The notes below the pieces were generated by a model. The model was not told where the DNA came from. It saw only the letters and a program-made list of their open reading frames with translations, and did not search any database. A stretch of 64,000 nt of DNA. It comes from Chloropicon primus. Lineage: Eukaryota. Position numbers and translations under genes: made by a program. Shown piece after piece: positions 43,696 through 54,585 of the stretch (its first letter is position 1; every line of letters begins with the position of its first letter). The DNA lies in the NCBI GenBank assembly GCA_023205875.1, contig CP060756.1, forward strand, positions 1,178,001 through 1,242,000, written 5' to 3'.

Positions 43696-44760
43696 CTAAT
43701 AAGATTCGTCGATCCTCTTCCACTTTCTCGTCATGACGACCTCGTTCGAAGTGGTCGTGACCGACATCAAGACGTCGTCGTCGGACTCCAGCCAGAAGCG
43801 CGTTCTCAGGACGCTCTTGTACCCCGTGGTCGTGATGACCAGGTGGGGTCCCTCCCAGGACGAGACGTCCTCCACCTTGGTTCCGAAGGGGTCCGTGCTG
43901 TGGACCGGAACGTTCTCCTCGAAGACGTCCGTGCCGCCTCTCCTCCTGTTCCTGAAATCGGTGAAGGCCACAGCCTCCTTGCCCTGGCGCTCGATGATCA
44001 TCGCGTCCCGCGTGTACTGGCGGACGGCAAAGGGCCTGATGAAGCGCGAGATGCCGAGGTCTCGCATGAGGTCGTCGATGCCCACCGCTTCCGAGACCTC
44101 CCAGGACCCGCTCAGCGCCGCGGCGGCTTCCCCACGTCGGGCAGAGACCGCGGCCGAGCCCGGGGGCTCGGCCGCGGGAGCTCGCGAAACTGGGGACCGC
44201 GTCGCACCAGCTGCTCCTGACTTCACCCCGTGCCTCGGAGCGCTGGGCCCGCCTCGCTCCCGCCCCGTGACGCCAGCTTCCGTCCCCTGTAATCTCGCCG
44301 CAAGCTCCGTCCTTTCTCGCGTCGTCATCTGAGACAAGGCCGAGCACAAGAAGTGCGCGACGAAGAAGGCGGCGAGGGCAAGCAGGGACACGACGGACTT
44401 CAGCGACCCGGACATCGCGCCAAGACCAACAACGACACCGAAGATGACGGACGACACGATGGCCAGCATCATGGTTTGCCTGTTTTGCAGGATTCCCTCG
44501 AGGCTTAAGTCCCCTCCCGGGCCCCGGGTGCCGTCCGCCTTGGGGACGGATCCGTCGATCGGGGCCATGTCCGCCCCCTTGACCGAGACGGCGACGCCGT
44601 CCCAGCCTCTCGTAGAAACCTCGACTCCTCCTCCTGAAATCTCAGCTCCATCCTTGGTCACCTTGGTCCGCGGCGAGGAGGTTTCCCACTGGTCGACCTT
44701 CGAAGCGGCGTCGGCGCGTCGCGACGGCACGCACGGCATGCACGAGAGTCCGCTACCCAT
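43696..44760 (-). CDS. Tandem paralog: acylation motif + hydrophobic segment + FABP/iLBP-like domain, no CHI domain
   Basis: MGSGLSCMPC start; LSGSWEVSEAVGIDDLMRDLGISRFIR; shares FTDFRNRRRG and EDVSSWEGPHL with neighbour. Confidence 0.8.
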   Translation of the reverse strand: MGSGLSCMPCVPSRRADAASKVDQWETSSPRTKVTKDGAEISGGGVEVSTRGWDGVAVSVKGADMAPIDGSVPKADGTRGPGGDLSLEGILQNRQTMMLAIVSSVIFGVVVGLGAMSGSLKSVVSLLALAAFFVAHFLCSALSQMTTRERTELAARLQGTEAGVTGRERGGPSAPRHGVKSGAAGATRSPVSRAPAAEPPGSAAVSARRGEAAAALSGSWEVSEAVGIDDLMRDLGISRFIRPFAVRQYTRDAMIIERQGKEAVAFTDFRNRRRGGTDVFEENVPVHSTDPFGTKVEDVSSWEGPHLVITTTGYKSVLRTRFWLESDDDVLMSVTTTSNEVVMTRKWKRIDESY

Positions 44761-45015
44761 GTCGGCGGCGATCAGGCGACGGGGTTCGTGAGTTCATTGA
44801 CAACCACCACCAAGTGGTCGGGGTCATTGACGTCCACCACCAAGGTCTCCGACAGGGGGGAGTCACGCGGGGAAAATGGAGATCACAGATTGGGCATTGG
44901 TGACTTTGGTGGGGAGAGAGACTTTGCTTTGCTTTTGTGTGTTTTTCTTTTGGTGGTGTGTAAAAGTGCAAAAGGTGAAAGGCAGTTTATGCAATTTCTT
45001 GTCCCGCTGGCCCAC

Positions 45016-45690
45016 TCAATCCCTGATGTCCTGGAACTGACTGAGCAGTTTGCGCCTGTGGCCAACTCTGTTCACGTTCATATCTTTCAGGTCTGCGGTT
45101 GTGCGTTGGAGGAGATCGCAGAGCAGAGTGGGAGAAGGTCGCAAAAAGTCAGAGAGGATGGCCGCCCCAGTGGCTAAAGGGACGGGGACTCACCTTCGAC
45201 TGTCAGGTGGGGCAGGGTGCCGAACTCGATCTGGTGGAAGGCGAAGTTCGGGATGTAGTGCTCCATCTCGACCTGCCTCAGGATTTCTGCGCGCGCACGG
45301 GAGAGAGAGAGAGAGACAGACAGACAGAGACAGACAGAGAAAGAAAGGGACGGTCAGCACGAGAGAAGACCTCGATCGAGGGAAAAACGGGAGCGAGGCT
45401 CCCCTGGCCCGGAGGAGGGCGACTGACTTACCGCAAACCTTCTCGTCGACCCCGAACTCGTACCACTCGTTCTTCACGTGATGGCTCGCGATCTGCTTCT
45501 TCTCCTTGATGTCCACCATCACCAGAGGCGGTGCCGGGGAGGACTCGACGACGCCGGACGGCTGGGACTCCTCCTCCAGGTCCGAGAGCTCCTCGACCGG
45601 CTCGTCCTCCTCGGCCGCGGGCTGCTCCGCCGCAGCGGCCTTCTTGCTCTTCCTGGACGGGAAGCACCCCGTGCTGCTCGCGTTCCCCAT
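45016..45690 (-). CDS. Small putatively N-myristoylated SAM-domain protein; exons 45690-45432, 45286-45194, 45092-45016
   Basis: MGNASSTGCF start; spliced C-terminus VCEILRQVEMEHYIPNFAFHQIEFGTLPHLTVEDLKDMNVNRVGHRRKLL fits the SAM consensus. Confidence 0.85.
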
Positions 45691-46135
45691 GATGAACCAA
45701 CCAAGAACTCTCTTGCCGTACCACGACCTGCTCCTGCTTCGCAAGGGGATCCAGGGCGTCCCAGCGCGCGAGGCGAGAGAGAGAGGGGAACGAAGAGAAC
45801 GAGAGAAAAAAAAGTCAGTTACGTCCGTTACCGGTGTTGAAGGGGGGGGGGGCAGCGAAAAAGGGTTTTGCGTGCCGTCCGCCGCGGCGGGCCCGGAACC
45901 CCCCGGCCGCTCCCCTCCCTCGAAGCGCCCACCTCCCTCGAAGCGCCCACCTCGTAGGCCCCCCTCACCTACCTCGAAACCTTGTGCTCCTCCACTTGGG
46001 GTTTAGCGAGTGTGGGGCGAATGTGGGGCGGAAGAAATATCTGAACGAACCCAAAAACACACTAGGGGATGAATTGATTGATCGACTACAACACGAACGA
46101 CGAGAGGTCGGGGTATTATTTTATGATGACTCCTT

Positions 46136-47518
46136 CTAGAGGCCCTTCCACTGGCCTGGTTTGAGGCCGCCCCTTCCCTTCTTCTCGTCGCCTTGGTCTT
46201 CTTCTTCCGCTTCCTTGTTGGACTTGGGGGCGCTCTTTTCCTGCATCTTCCTCACGTCCTCGTACGTCAGGCCGTCGGCGAAGATGCGCTTGAAGACTGC
46301 GTTGACCTTCTGCACGCCCCCAAGGGGGTCGAGGGGGTCCTTCCTCGTCCGGTGCCCGAGGCACATGCCGACGACCCTGCCCACGTCCTCGTCCGTGACC
46401 TCCGTCCTGCCGTCGAACGCGGCGTACGCCTTGGCGGTCCTGACGACGACCATGTCCCCGCGGATTCCGTCGATGTCGAGGAGGGAGCACACGGTGGAGA
46501 TCTTGACCCTGAGGTCCTTGCCCACCTTGACGTCCTTGACCAGCTTCTTGGCGCCGAGGAGCTTGGCCCTGAGGGCCTCCTGCTCCTCCGCCGCGGACTC
46601 GTAAAAGGCGTCCGGGTTCATGTCGTAGGCGGTCCTGTTGAGGGCCAGCTGCAGCCTGAGGTCCGGGTCCGCGACCGTGCTGATCTCGACGTAGAGCCCG
46701 AACCTGTCCAGCAGCTGGGGCCTGAGCTCGCCCTCCTCGGGGTTCCCCGTCCCGATCATGATGAAGGACGCCGGGTGCGTGATCGAGATCCCCTCCCTCT
46801 CCACGGTGTTCACCCCGCCCGCGGCGGCGTCGAGGACCACGTCCACCAAGCTGTCGTCCAGCAGGTTCACCTCGTCGATGTACAGTATGCCTCTGTTGGC
46901 CTTCCCCAACAGGCCGGGGGAGAAGGCCTTGCTTCCCGACTGCAGCGCGGACTCGACGTCGAGGGTGCCGCAGACCCTGTCCTCCGTCGCGCCCAGGGGC
47001 AGCTCCACCAGAGGCGTCTTTGCCTTGCGCGTCTTCACCTCCTCCCCGCGCTGCACGGCCTCCCTCACCTCCTTGCTCATCAGCCTCGGGTCCGTCGGGC
47101 TCGAGTTGAACGAGTCCCCCACCACCATCTCTATCTCCGGCAGCAAGTCGATCACGGCCCGGACCACCACGGACTTGCCCGTCCCCCGGTCGCCCATCAC
47201 GAGGAGACCGCCGATGCGCTGGTCGATCACGTTCAGCAGAAGGCCCAGCTTCATGTCCTCCTGCTGGACCACTCGGGTGAAGGGGAACGCCCTCCTGGTC
47301 GCGGTGGTGCTGCTCTCCCCGGCCTCCGCCACCGCCTTCGTCGTCGCTTGCGCCGCGGGCCTCGAGCTCGGGCGCAGGGTGGTCGTGCGTTGCCGCAACC
47401 TACCACCACTCGAAAACAACGCCACCACCCCGCTCGACCTCGACCTCGACCGTCCCCCCTCCGCACGCCTCCCCCTCATCCCACCACCACAACGTCTCGC
47501 TCCCTTCACCCCCTTCAT
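46136..47518 (-). CDS. CHLI: Magnesium chelatase subunit I, nuclear-encoded with plastid transit peptide
   Basis: FPFT..V.QE.MK, GDRGTGKS, LPLGATEDRVCGTLD, ANRGILYIDEVNLL, GNPEEGELRPQLLDRFG. Confidence 0.93.
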   Translation of the reverse strand: MKGVKGARRCGGGMRGRRAEGGRSRSRSSGVVALFSSGGRLRQRTTTLRPSSRPAAQATTKAVAEAGESSTTATRRAFPFTRVVQQEDMKLGLLLNVIDQRIGGLLVMGDRGTGKSVVVRAVIDLLPEIEMVVGDSFNSSPTDPRLMSKEVREAVQRGEEVKTRKAKTPLVELPLGATEDRVCGTLDVESALQSGSKAFSPGLLGKANRGILYIDEVNLLDDSLVDVVLDAAAGGVNTVEREGISITHPASFIMIGTGNPEEGELRPQLLDRFGLYVEISTVADPDLRLQLALNRTAYDMNPDAFYESAAEEQEALRAKLLGAKKLVKDVKVGKDLRVKISTVCSLLDIDGIRGDMVVVRTAKAYAAFDGRTEVTDEDVGRVVGMCLGHRTRKDPLDPLGGVQKVNAVFKRIFADGLTYEDVRKMQEKSAPKSNKEAEEEDQGDEKKGRGGLKPGQWKGL

Positions 47519-47934
47519 CGCGAGCCTTCGACCAAGCAAACAAACAACTGAAGCCTTTCGTTCCTCGCCTGGTTCCCCCTTCGCTCCTCCACCTCTCCCT
47601 TCGTTCGGTTCACCTTCTCCTCGACAAGAGAGAGAGAGAGAGAGGGGCCTCCGACTGCTAAGCGCTCTATCCTTATCCACAGCCAATCGTATCTCTCCTC
47701 TCTCTCGAGCGGACGGACGGACATTTCCAATTGGAAATGTTTTTGGTGCAGGGATCCCAGGGAAATTTTTTTTTGAAAAACCTGCAGGGAGACAGCTTGA
47801 GGAGGACGACGACGACGGAATACGTGTACGTCTTCGTCTCTGAGGACAAGGCCGGCCTTGAAAGTGGTGGATCCCACGCACGAACGCACGCTGGCTGAGC
47901 CACTCCCTGCTTTCTCGTGGTTGCTCTGAGAACG

Positions 47935-48381
47935 ATGATGATGATGGAACAGGAGGAGGAGGGGAAGGGGGGCGCTGCCTCTACCGGGTTCCTGGACGTG
48001 GAGGCGGAGGAGCTGGACGACCTCTTCAGCGCTCTCTCCCGGACACCGGAGGTGAAGATCCGGGCGAGGGGGGGGGCGGGAGACGCCGAGGTCGGGACGC
48101 CCAGCGGCTCGAGGGGCCCTCCTCCTCGGGCTGCTCACAGCGCCAGAGCCGCGACGAGGAGCGCGGCCGCGACCCCCGCACGGAAGAGGGCCATAATGGA
48201 GTGCATCCACGAAAAGCTGCGGACGGGAAACTCGGTGGAGGACCTCATCAAGTCGTGGGACAAGGCCGCGCTCGTGAGGGTGGCCGACGACCTGTTGGAC
48301 TACATCGTGGGAAGGTCCAAGGTTCTCAAGCACGAGAAGCTCCTGCACTCGTTCCAGAAGGCGCCGAACAGGCACCTGTGA
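47935..48381 (+). CDS. Hypothetical protein (148 aa)
   Basis: Coding-like codon bias, TGTAA at 48429; no recognised domain. Confidence 0.6.
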   Translation: MMMMEQEEEGKGGAASTGFLDVEAEELDDLFSALSRTPEVKIRARGGAGDAEVGTPSGSRGPPPRAAHSARAATRSAAATPARKRAIMECIHEKLRTGNSVEDLIKSWDKAALVRVADDLLDYIVGRSKVLKHEKLLHSFQKAPNRHL

Positions 48382-48456
48382 GGTCGAGGGAGGGATCGGG
48401 GCACGCTTTTGCACGTGACGTATTTTCTTGTAAGATAGTACACATAAATTATTTTC

Positions 48457-50010
48457 CTACTGGACAGAAAACAGGTTTTTCATGTAGTCAGGTTCCTTGG
48501 CGAAGAAGAGCTTCGAGTTCGTCGCGAGGGCCCCTGCGCTTTCCCTGATCTTGGCCAGCTCCACGGCCACCTCGGACTGCTCGAGCATCTTCGCGGCGTC
48601 CATGTCCGCTTCGGCCTTCATCAGGGTGGCCTTGGACTCGGCCTCGGCGTTGATCTTCAGGGCCTCCGCCTCCGCCTCCGCCTGAATCTTCCTTGCCCCC
48701 GACTCCGCCTCCGCGTTGATCTTCAGTGCCTTGGCCTTGCCACGCGCCGTGGTCTCCGCCTGCAGGGCCTCCGCCGCCGCCACCGCGCCGCTGGCGAGGG
48801 CTCTCGTGAGGTTCGCGTCGCAGGGGTTGGCGCTGATGATGTTGATCGACATGATCTCGATACCGTACTTCCTGGTGACCGTGTTGGCGTGCTCGACCGC
48901 AGACTTCATCCTGTAGACGTCGAACATCGGGTTGTCCCTCGAGTTCTGAGTGGTCTGCTGGGCCGCCGAGCTGACGGGAATGCCCTCGGCCGACGAGGCA
49001 CTGGCCTGCGCGGCAGCGGCGAGGTGAAAGCTGTCGCTGTAATTCACCGATGCGATGAACGAGGAGAGGGACGCGATAGCCTGCTTGAGCACGTCTTCCC
49101 TGAGCTTGGAGATGTCCGCGCTGGTGTCCTTCTGCCTTCCTGAGATGGCCATGGTCTCCGCAGCAAGGGTGGCAGCGCATTCCACGTCAACGATACGCCA
49201 GTTGACCGTAGAGGTGACGTTCATGATGATGTTGTCCGCCGAGGTGGCCTGGATCCGCTCCAGGTTGTCCGTCTGAATCTTCATGGTCATAAACTTTTCG
49301 AATTTCCAGTTCTTGTGGTCCAGCAGGTGCACCTCTCCGCCTGGGAGGACGACCTGCCTACCGTTGTTCTGGGTCACGGCAGCGTAGCCCTCGTCAACCG
49401 TCAGCAAAGTGTAAGGCCCTATGTGGATGATGTGGTCTTGAAGATCGATATTCCGCTCGAACTTCAGGGTATCAGACTTCCACTGGTGGAGCCCGGGAGG
49501 GAGGAGGACGGGCTGGCCCCTATCCATCGCGAAGCCGATGTATCCCTGGTCCACGAAGAGGATGGCACAATCACCGTGCTCGATATGGCCGCTGTCCAGA
49601 GGCACGGGCCTGCCGACGCTGTGCACGTACATGTTGTTGATGTAGTGCATTCCGGGTCCGGCCAGGAAGTACCCTCCCTCCTCGTTGCGCAGCTTCAAGA
49701 CGTGCCCTGCCGGGACGAGGTACTCCTTGTTGAAGAATGGGTACATGAAAATCCCGCATCCCGGGAACCGCAAATAGTAACCGATTTTTCGGCGGAGGTT
49801 CTTCGACTTGGTCGTGTTGGGCTTCAACAGATCGAGGTCGTCGAGAGTATCGCGTCTGTACTGGCTCACCAGGAGGTTCGCTTTTCTGATGGCGCTGTAC
49901 GCGGGCGAGTCCTCCAGCATGTTGCCATACAGGTGAGGATCGTGGTATTCCCCTTCATGTTTCTTATCAAGCAACTGGGCCTTGATTTCGTCGGCGCTGT
50001 AATCCTTCAT
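48457..50010 (-). CDS. SPFH/band-7 domain protein with N-terminal beta repeats and coiled-coil tail
   Basis: Repeated V..G.......G....L.PG.H units, SADNIIMNVTSTVNWRIVD, YGIEIMSINIISA, AEAE-rich tail. Confidence 0.85.
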   Translation of the reverse strand: MKDYSADEIKAQLLDKKHEGEYHDPHLYGNMLEDSPAYSAIRKANLLVSQYRRDTLDDLDLLKPNTTKSKNLRRKIGYYLRFPGCGIFMYPFFNKEYLVPAGHVLKLRNEEGGYFLAGPGMHYINNMYVHSVGRPVPLDSGHIEHGDCAILFVDQGYIGFAMDRGQPVLLPPGLHQWKSDTLKFERNIDLQDHIIHIGPYTLLTVDEGYAAVTQNNGRQVVLPGGEVHLLDHKNWKFEKFMTMKIQTDNLERIQATSADNIIMNVTSTVNWRIVDVECAATLAAETMAISGRQKDTSADISKLREDVLKQAIASLSSFIASVNYSDSFHLAAAAQASASSAEGIPVSSAAQQTTQNSRDNPMFDVYRMKSAVEHANTVTRKYGIEIMSINIISANPCDANLTRALASGAVAAAEALQAETTARGKAKALKINAEAESGARKIQAEAEAEALKINAEAESKATLMKAEADMDAAKMLEQSEVAVELAKIRESAGALATNSKLFFAKEPDYMKNLFSVQ

Positions 50011-50487
50011 CCTTCCCAACCGGTGCTGCGATGAGACTGAACTGCCAACTGGGCTCCTCTCTCCTCTCTCTCCACTCTCTCTCTGATGGATCACATCTCC
50101 ATCTCCATTTCGTCTTATATCGAAATACCAGATTAATGTTTTTTGACCAAGCACAATAAAGAGAATCGTCAACGCAGGAGGGGCACAGGAGGGGAAGCGT
50201 TTGAAGGGGAAGGGGTCGTTTGCTTGACAGGAGGAAGGAGCGTCTCTTTTTTTCTTTCGCTCTCTTTTTTTTCTTTCGCTCGAGCCCTTGCTTGAGAGAA
50301 ACGACGCTCTGTAGGGAGGAGAGGAGGAGCGAAAGATTGGAGAGGAAGGGAGGGGAAGACTAACGGTGGAGCGATGGGGAAGTGTGGCTAGAGCATGGAC
50401 TCGGTCTTGCAAATGCATTGAAGGGGGACGGGAGAGCTTCTTCGCTTAGGCAAGCTTTGACTTTTTTCGGAAGGGGACCGGTGCAAG

Positions 50488-51447
50488 ATGTCGAAACCGA
50501 AGGCGAGGTTTATCTGCACGAAGCCCCAAGGGCTGGGCACAGGGACGACGGTCTGGCTGCAGAAGCACGGCGTCAGTGTAAGGCCGAGTCTGTCGTCGCG
50601 AAAGATTCAAGAGATCACGGCCGTGTTCGAGCTCTTCGATGAGGACGACTCTGGCGCGATCGTCGTGGAGGAGGCCCACACCGCTCTGAAGCTCTTGGGC
50701 CTCAGGGCCACCAAGTCCCAAGTCGCCAAGCTCGTGGAGAAGTACGACGTGAACGACAGCGGTGACTTGGACCTGGACGAGTTCATCCAAATGATGACGG
50801 AGCACCTCGTGGATCAGGAAGACGAGGCACAAGACGCGGAGGGGGACAATTTTGACATGAATTCTCTCAAGGACAGTGGCTTCAACACCCACGAGCTGAA
50901 CCTTGTTCTCGGTGCGCTGCGCCGGCGTAACTTGCTCCAGGCCCTTCTCGAGAAGGACTACAAGGGTCTCGACATGCAGCAGAGGAGGCTGCGAAACAGC
51001 GTCCTGGCCTCCGGGCTCCGGCCCATCCCAGAGAAAGTCTCTCCGGAGAAGATGCACAGGAGGACGGAGTCCCATGCGATGCAGATGGAGCAGATCAGAA
51101 AAGCCCGCAAGGAGAGCATGATGATGTACTTCAGGTCGAAGAGGAAGCTGAAACTTCCGAAGATAGATTTGCCGAAGAAAAAGTCACTGCACCACGGTGT
51201 GGAGTCACCGGAACCGTTGGTGAAACTTTTCACGGGAAAGTCTCCACTGCTTCGCAAGGGAAACTACAACGAGATTGCTCAAAAGATCTCCCGAGGAAAG
51301 TTCTCGACGCCGCTTCTCAGGACGATTGCTGGAGGCAGGGGCCCCAGCAGCGCCACGGGTCGTTCCGGTGCCGCGACCACGGCAGTGCACCGGTTCCCGG
51401 GCTTGGACAACTACCTGACTATGAAGTCGAGCAGATGCAACAGGTGA
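50488..51447 (+). CDS. Centrin/calmodulin-like EF-hand protein with basic extension
   Basis: FDEDDSGAIVVEE and YDVNDSGDLDLDEF. Confidence 0.8.
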   Translation: MSKPKARFICTKPQGLGTGTTVWLQKHGVSVRPSLSSRKIQEITAVFELFDEDDSGAIVVEEAHTALKLLGLRATKSQVAKLVEKYDVNDSGDLDLDEFIQMMTEHLVDQEDEAQDAEGDNFDMNSLKDSGFNTHELNLVLGALRRRNLLQALLEKDYKGLDMQQRRLRNSVLASGLRPIPEKVSPEKMHRRTESHAMQMEQIRKARKESMMMYFRSKRKLKLPKIDLPKKKSLHHGVESPEPLVKLFTGKSPLLRKGNYNEIAQKISRGKFSTPLLRTIAGGRGPSSATGRSGAATTAVHRFPGLDNYLTMKSSRCNR

Positions 51448-51531
51448 AAGACTGCGGGGCGAGGCAGAGAGTTTGCACCCCGGGGCTCGCATTGTACCAA
51501 TAAGAAGAGAGTAGTAATGTATCACATTCCG

Positions 51532-52353
51532 TTAACGACTGCTGACACACTTGGCGTTGATGATCCCAATGATGTCCTCAAGCTCCTCGGAGACGATTCC
51601 TTCCTCGGCCGACAAAAAGTCAAGGCCCTCCTCCACTTTGCTGCCGTCTTCAGCCCGGGGCGCGTCCCAGGACTGGGCCCCGGCAAGGTCGTTCGCTTCG
51701 ACCTCCCCTGGTTTTTGGAACCTGTGGACTCGGTCACTCCCAGATTCTGCCTCGTAGTAAAGCGTCCTGTCCTCGTACACCCTCTTCGCAAGATTTTCTG
51801 CCTTGGCAGGTGGTGGGTCCTCCGCAACCTTGCCCTCGTCCCCCCCACCATATATGCTCCCCCCGCCCGTGGCCTCGGGCCCCTTGGCAGTCTCTCCCCT
51901 GTTCGAAAAGTCGTGAACTGGGATCGTCGTGTTCACGCCGGACCACCGCTCAGGAGACCGAGGCCGAAACGTTCCCGTGGTCTGAGTCTCCACGGTAAAG
52001 ACCCGCCTCTTCAGTTTTATCTGATCCTGGTACGTCTTCGCCAGCATCAGAGCTTGCATGAGCCTCGTTTGCAAACTACTGCTCAGCTTGTGCAGCTCCA
52101 TGTTCTCCTGCCTCAGTCGCTCAGACTCCGACCGAAACGTTTCGAGCTCCTTGTCCATCCTTTCGTTGTTGTGGTTGAGCTGTACGACTTTGGAGATCAA
52201 GTTGGAAACTTTCTTCTTGTCCTGTGCGCACAGGTCCCCGAGCGTGCACCTCTTGTTCATATCCCAGTTCATCTCTTCGCTCCTCCCCGAAGCAGGTTTG
52301 GACTTCCCTCTCGTCCTCCCCTTGGGGGACTTCCTGTTGTCCAGAAGAGGCAT
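51532..52353 (-). CDS. Coiled-coil protein, hinderin/KIAA1328-like
   Basis: TLGDLCAQDKKKVSNLI followed by coiled coil, recalled as the KIAA1328 family motif. Confidence 0.6.
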   Translation of the reverse strand: MPLLDNRKSPKGRTRGKSKPASGRSEEMNWDMNKRCTLGDLCAQDKKKVSNLISKVVQLNHNNERMDKELETFRSESERLRQENMELHKLSSSLQTRLMQALMLAKTYQDQIKLKRRVFTVETQTTGTFRPRSPERWSGVNTTIPVHDFSNRGETAKGPEATGGGSIYGGGDEGKVAEDPPPAKAENLAKRVYEDRTLYYEAESGSDRVHRFQKPGEVEANDLAGAQSWDAPRAEDGSKVEEGLDFLSAEEGIVSEELEDIIGIINAKCVSSR

Positions 52354-52552
52354 CCTTTATCTAGCGATTCTCCTCAGGCCTCCAACCTCCAAAACCAGTA
52401 GCCCATCACCCAAAGGGCGAGTCCTCCTCCCACCAACCGCGAACTAAAGCCCCTCTTCTCTCCCCTCTCTCCTCTCTCCGGTCTGTCGCTGCTTTCGCGC
52501 CCCCTTCGGTTTCAGAGGTGTTCGCTTCAGACGTCAGAGGCCAAGGAGCACC

Positions 52553-53038
52553 ATGATGGAGTGCTCGAAGCTCGTGGTAGCGGTGGTCCTGGCTCTGTTG
52601 TGCGCGCTTCAGGGGGTGCAGGCCGCCGGAGCCGGGCGGGAAGTGCTTGAGTCACGCGTGACTCACTCGCGGCATAGCAAGATAAACAGCATATCAGAGG
52701 AAGGGAAGAAGACCAACACCAAGACCGCGAGGGACAAGGTGGAGAACGAAAAGAGCGTGTACGAGTTCACCTTCAACCCCCTGCAAGGCAGCGCGAATGG
52801 AGGGACGCAAGTCACCTTCACGCTCAGCAAGACTTTCCCAAGCAACCCCAGCGGGTTGTTCTGGTGCAAGTTCGGAGAGAAAGTTGTCCCTGCCCAAAGT
52901 TACTTCCTTTCGGCGAGTGGCAGGGCCATAGTGTGCCAGACGCCCGCAGGGTCGCCGAGGCAACACTTCGTGAAGATAAGCACGGACGGGAAGACCTTCT
53001 ACAAGTCCTCGTCGCAGAAGTTCCTCTACTACGCTTGA
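52553..53038 (+). CDS. Secreted single IPT/TIG-domain protein
   Basis: Signal peptide; P..GS..GGTQVT, WCKFG...VPA, IVCQTP, ISTDG..F, FLYY. Confidence 0.8.
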   Translation: MMECSKLVVAVVLALLCALQGVQAAGAGREVLESRVTHSRHSKINSISEEGKKTNTKTARDKVENEKSVYEFTFNPLQGSANGGTQVTFTLSKTFPSNPSGLFWCKFGEKVVPAQSYFLSASGRAIVCQTPAGSPRQHFVKISTDGKTFYKSSSQKFLYYA

Positions 53039-53149
53039 GGACTTTTTTTCTTTTGTATCTCTTGTATCTTGTCTGTAAATAAAATTGTTGTACGTTACTA
53101 CTTCACAATACACTTCGCCGGCCTCTGCCTCCGCTTAGCTCCCCGCTTG

Positions 53150-54008
53150 CTATTGGCTGTACTTTTGCATCTTCTCGTCCACCGTTTCCAGGAGCTCGTC
53201 CAACGTAGCCTTCTCCTTGGTCAGTCCGAACTTCAAGGCGTACTCGACCTTGTGTTTCTTCCACGCGTACAAAAAGTAAGAAGAGCAAATCAGGTACACC
53301 ACGGCGGAGATCGTGCCGATGAAAAACTCGCCCCTAAAGCAGAACCCGTGCTCGTTGCCGGCTTGGTCGCCTGCAGTAGAGAGAAACAAGAGAAGAACGG
53401 TTGTCAGAGCCTGCTGCGAGGTGGGCGACCTCTCGCGCTTTTTTGGGGGGAGACCGCACTAACCTAAGAAGCAAGGGAACTCCTGATCGTAGAGCCAAAG
53501 AAAGTTTCGCACGGAGCCATAAAAGTGTCCGACGATCATGAGGCAGGTCAAGATTTGCCAAACGGTGAGGTATTCAACGTTCCCCGACAAAATCTGGGCG
53601 TTCTTCATCCCTATCAGGACCACAATGACTCCGAAAGCCAGCCGGAACGCTATGGGATCCAGCTCCCTGTTGTCCTCGTGCATGTAGAAACCCTGGTACC
53701 CGAAGTAGAACGCAGCCTTGTGGTCGCAGAGAAACAGTGTCGAGGGGAAACCCGCCTTGTTAGTAGCGTGCTCCTTTGTGTCGTTTGGATGTTGTGCCGA
53801 AAGAAAGTGAGGAAGAGAAGGGAAGGCCTTGACTTACCGCGCAGTCCACGAAGAAGGACATGACTAAAGCGTACTGCCACTTGCGGTGCCTCTTTTTCAG
53901 ACGCTCCGGCGAAACCTTGAAGGACTTGCCGAACCCCACGCTGCTTTGCTTTTTGAGGAGTGGGTTTCCCTCGTAAAGTCCGAAGTTCTCGTTTGGGCTG
54001 TTGAACAT
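53150..54008 (-). CDS. Unknown ~4-TM membrane protein; exons 54008-53838, 53716-53464, 53370-53150
   Basis: GT-AG introns join three ORF fragments in frame; four hydrophobic segments. Confidence 0.7.
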
Positions 54009-54585
54009 TGTTCTCCCCCCGTCCTTTTGCTCCGACCTCTGCTTTAGGTCCACCCAAGCACTTTCGTTCGGATCCCACCGCGAGCCCTAGACCATTTGCC
54101 GAACCGAGCTCGAGCTCTCCTCCCCACCTACCTTCCGACGACGAAGATGCAGATGCTCCAACCTTCCCCCGTCAAGGACAACTTCTCCAGAGTAGATTAA
54201 GACTGCGGCACTACTCCAACGAGCCGAGAGAGAACCTCGAGACGTCCTTTCGCTCCAACAACCCCTGTGTCCGCCCCTCTTCTGTGTTCCCTTCCGTCGT
54301 CCCTTGGTCCCCTCCCGTCCAGTCAGTCTTCCCTTCCCTTCCCTTTGCCTTCCGCGGTACCTATACGATCCATCAAACATCTCTAGAATAGAGGGAGAAG
54401 GCGGGGAGAGGGAACAAGGGGGCGATTTGGAGGATTGAGGCCGGTGCGTCACGCGACCAGGGGGACGCAAGGGGGGGCGTCCGTCAAGCCAACGCTGCTG
54501 GATTTTTTTGGAGGGTGACGCAGGGGCAGGCCGGATCGGGATAGGGAAACCTCGGGGCCAAGAAGAACGAAGAAGGTGTGGCAAG

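Noticed and set aside
45915..45955. Short direct duplications (here, and near 16630, 23370, 57495)
   Set aside because: Two-copy local slippage repeats without spacers or element hallmarks
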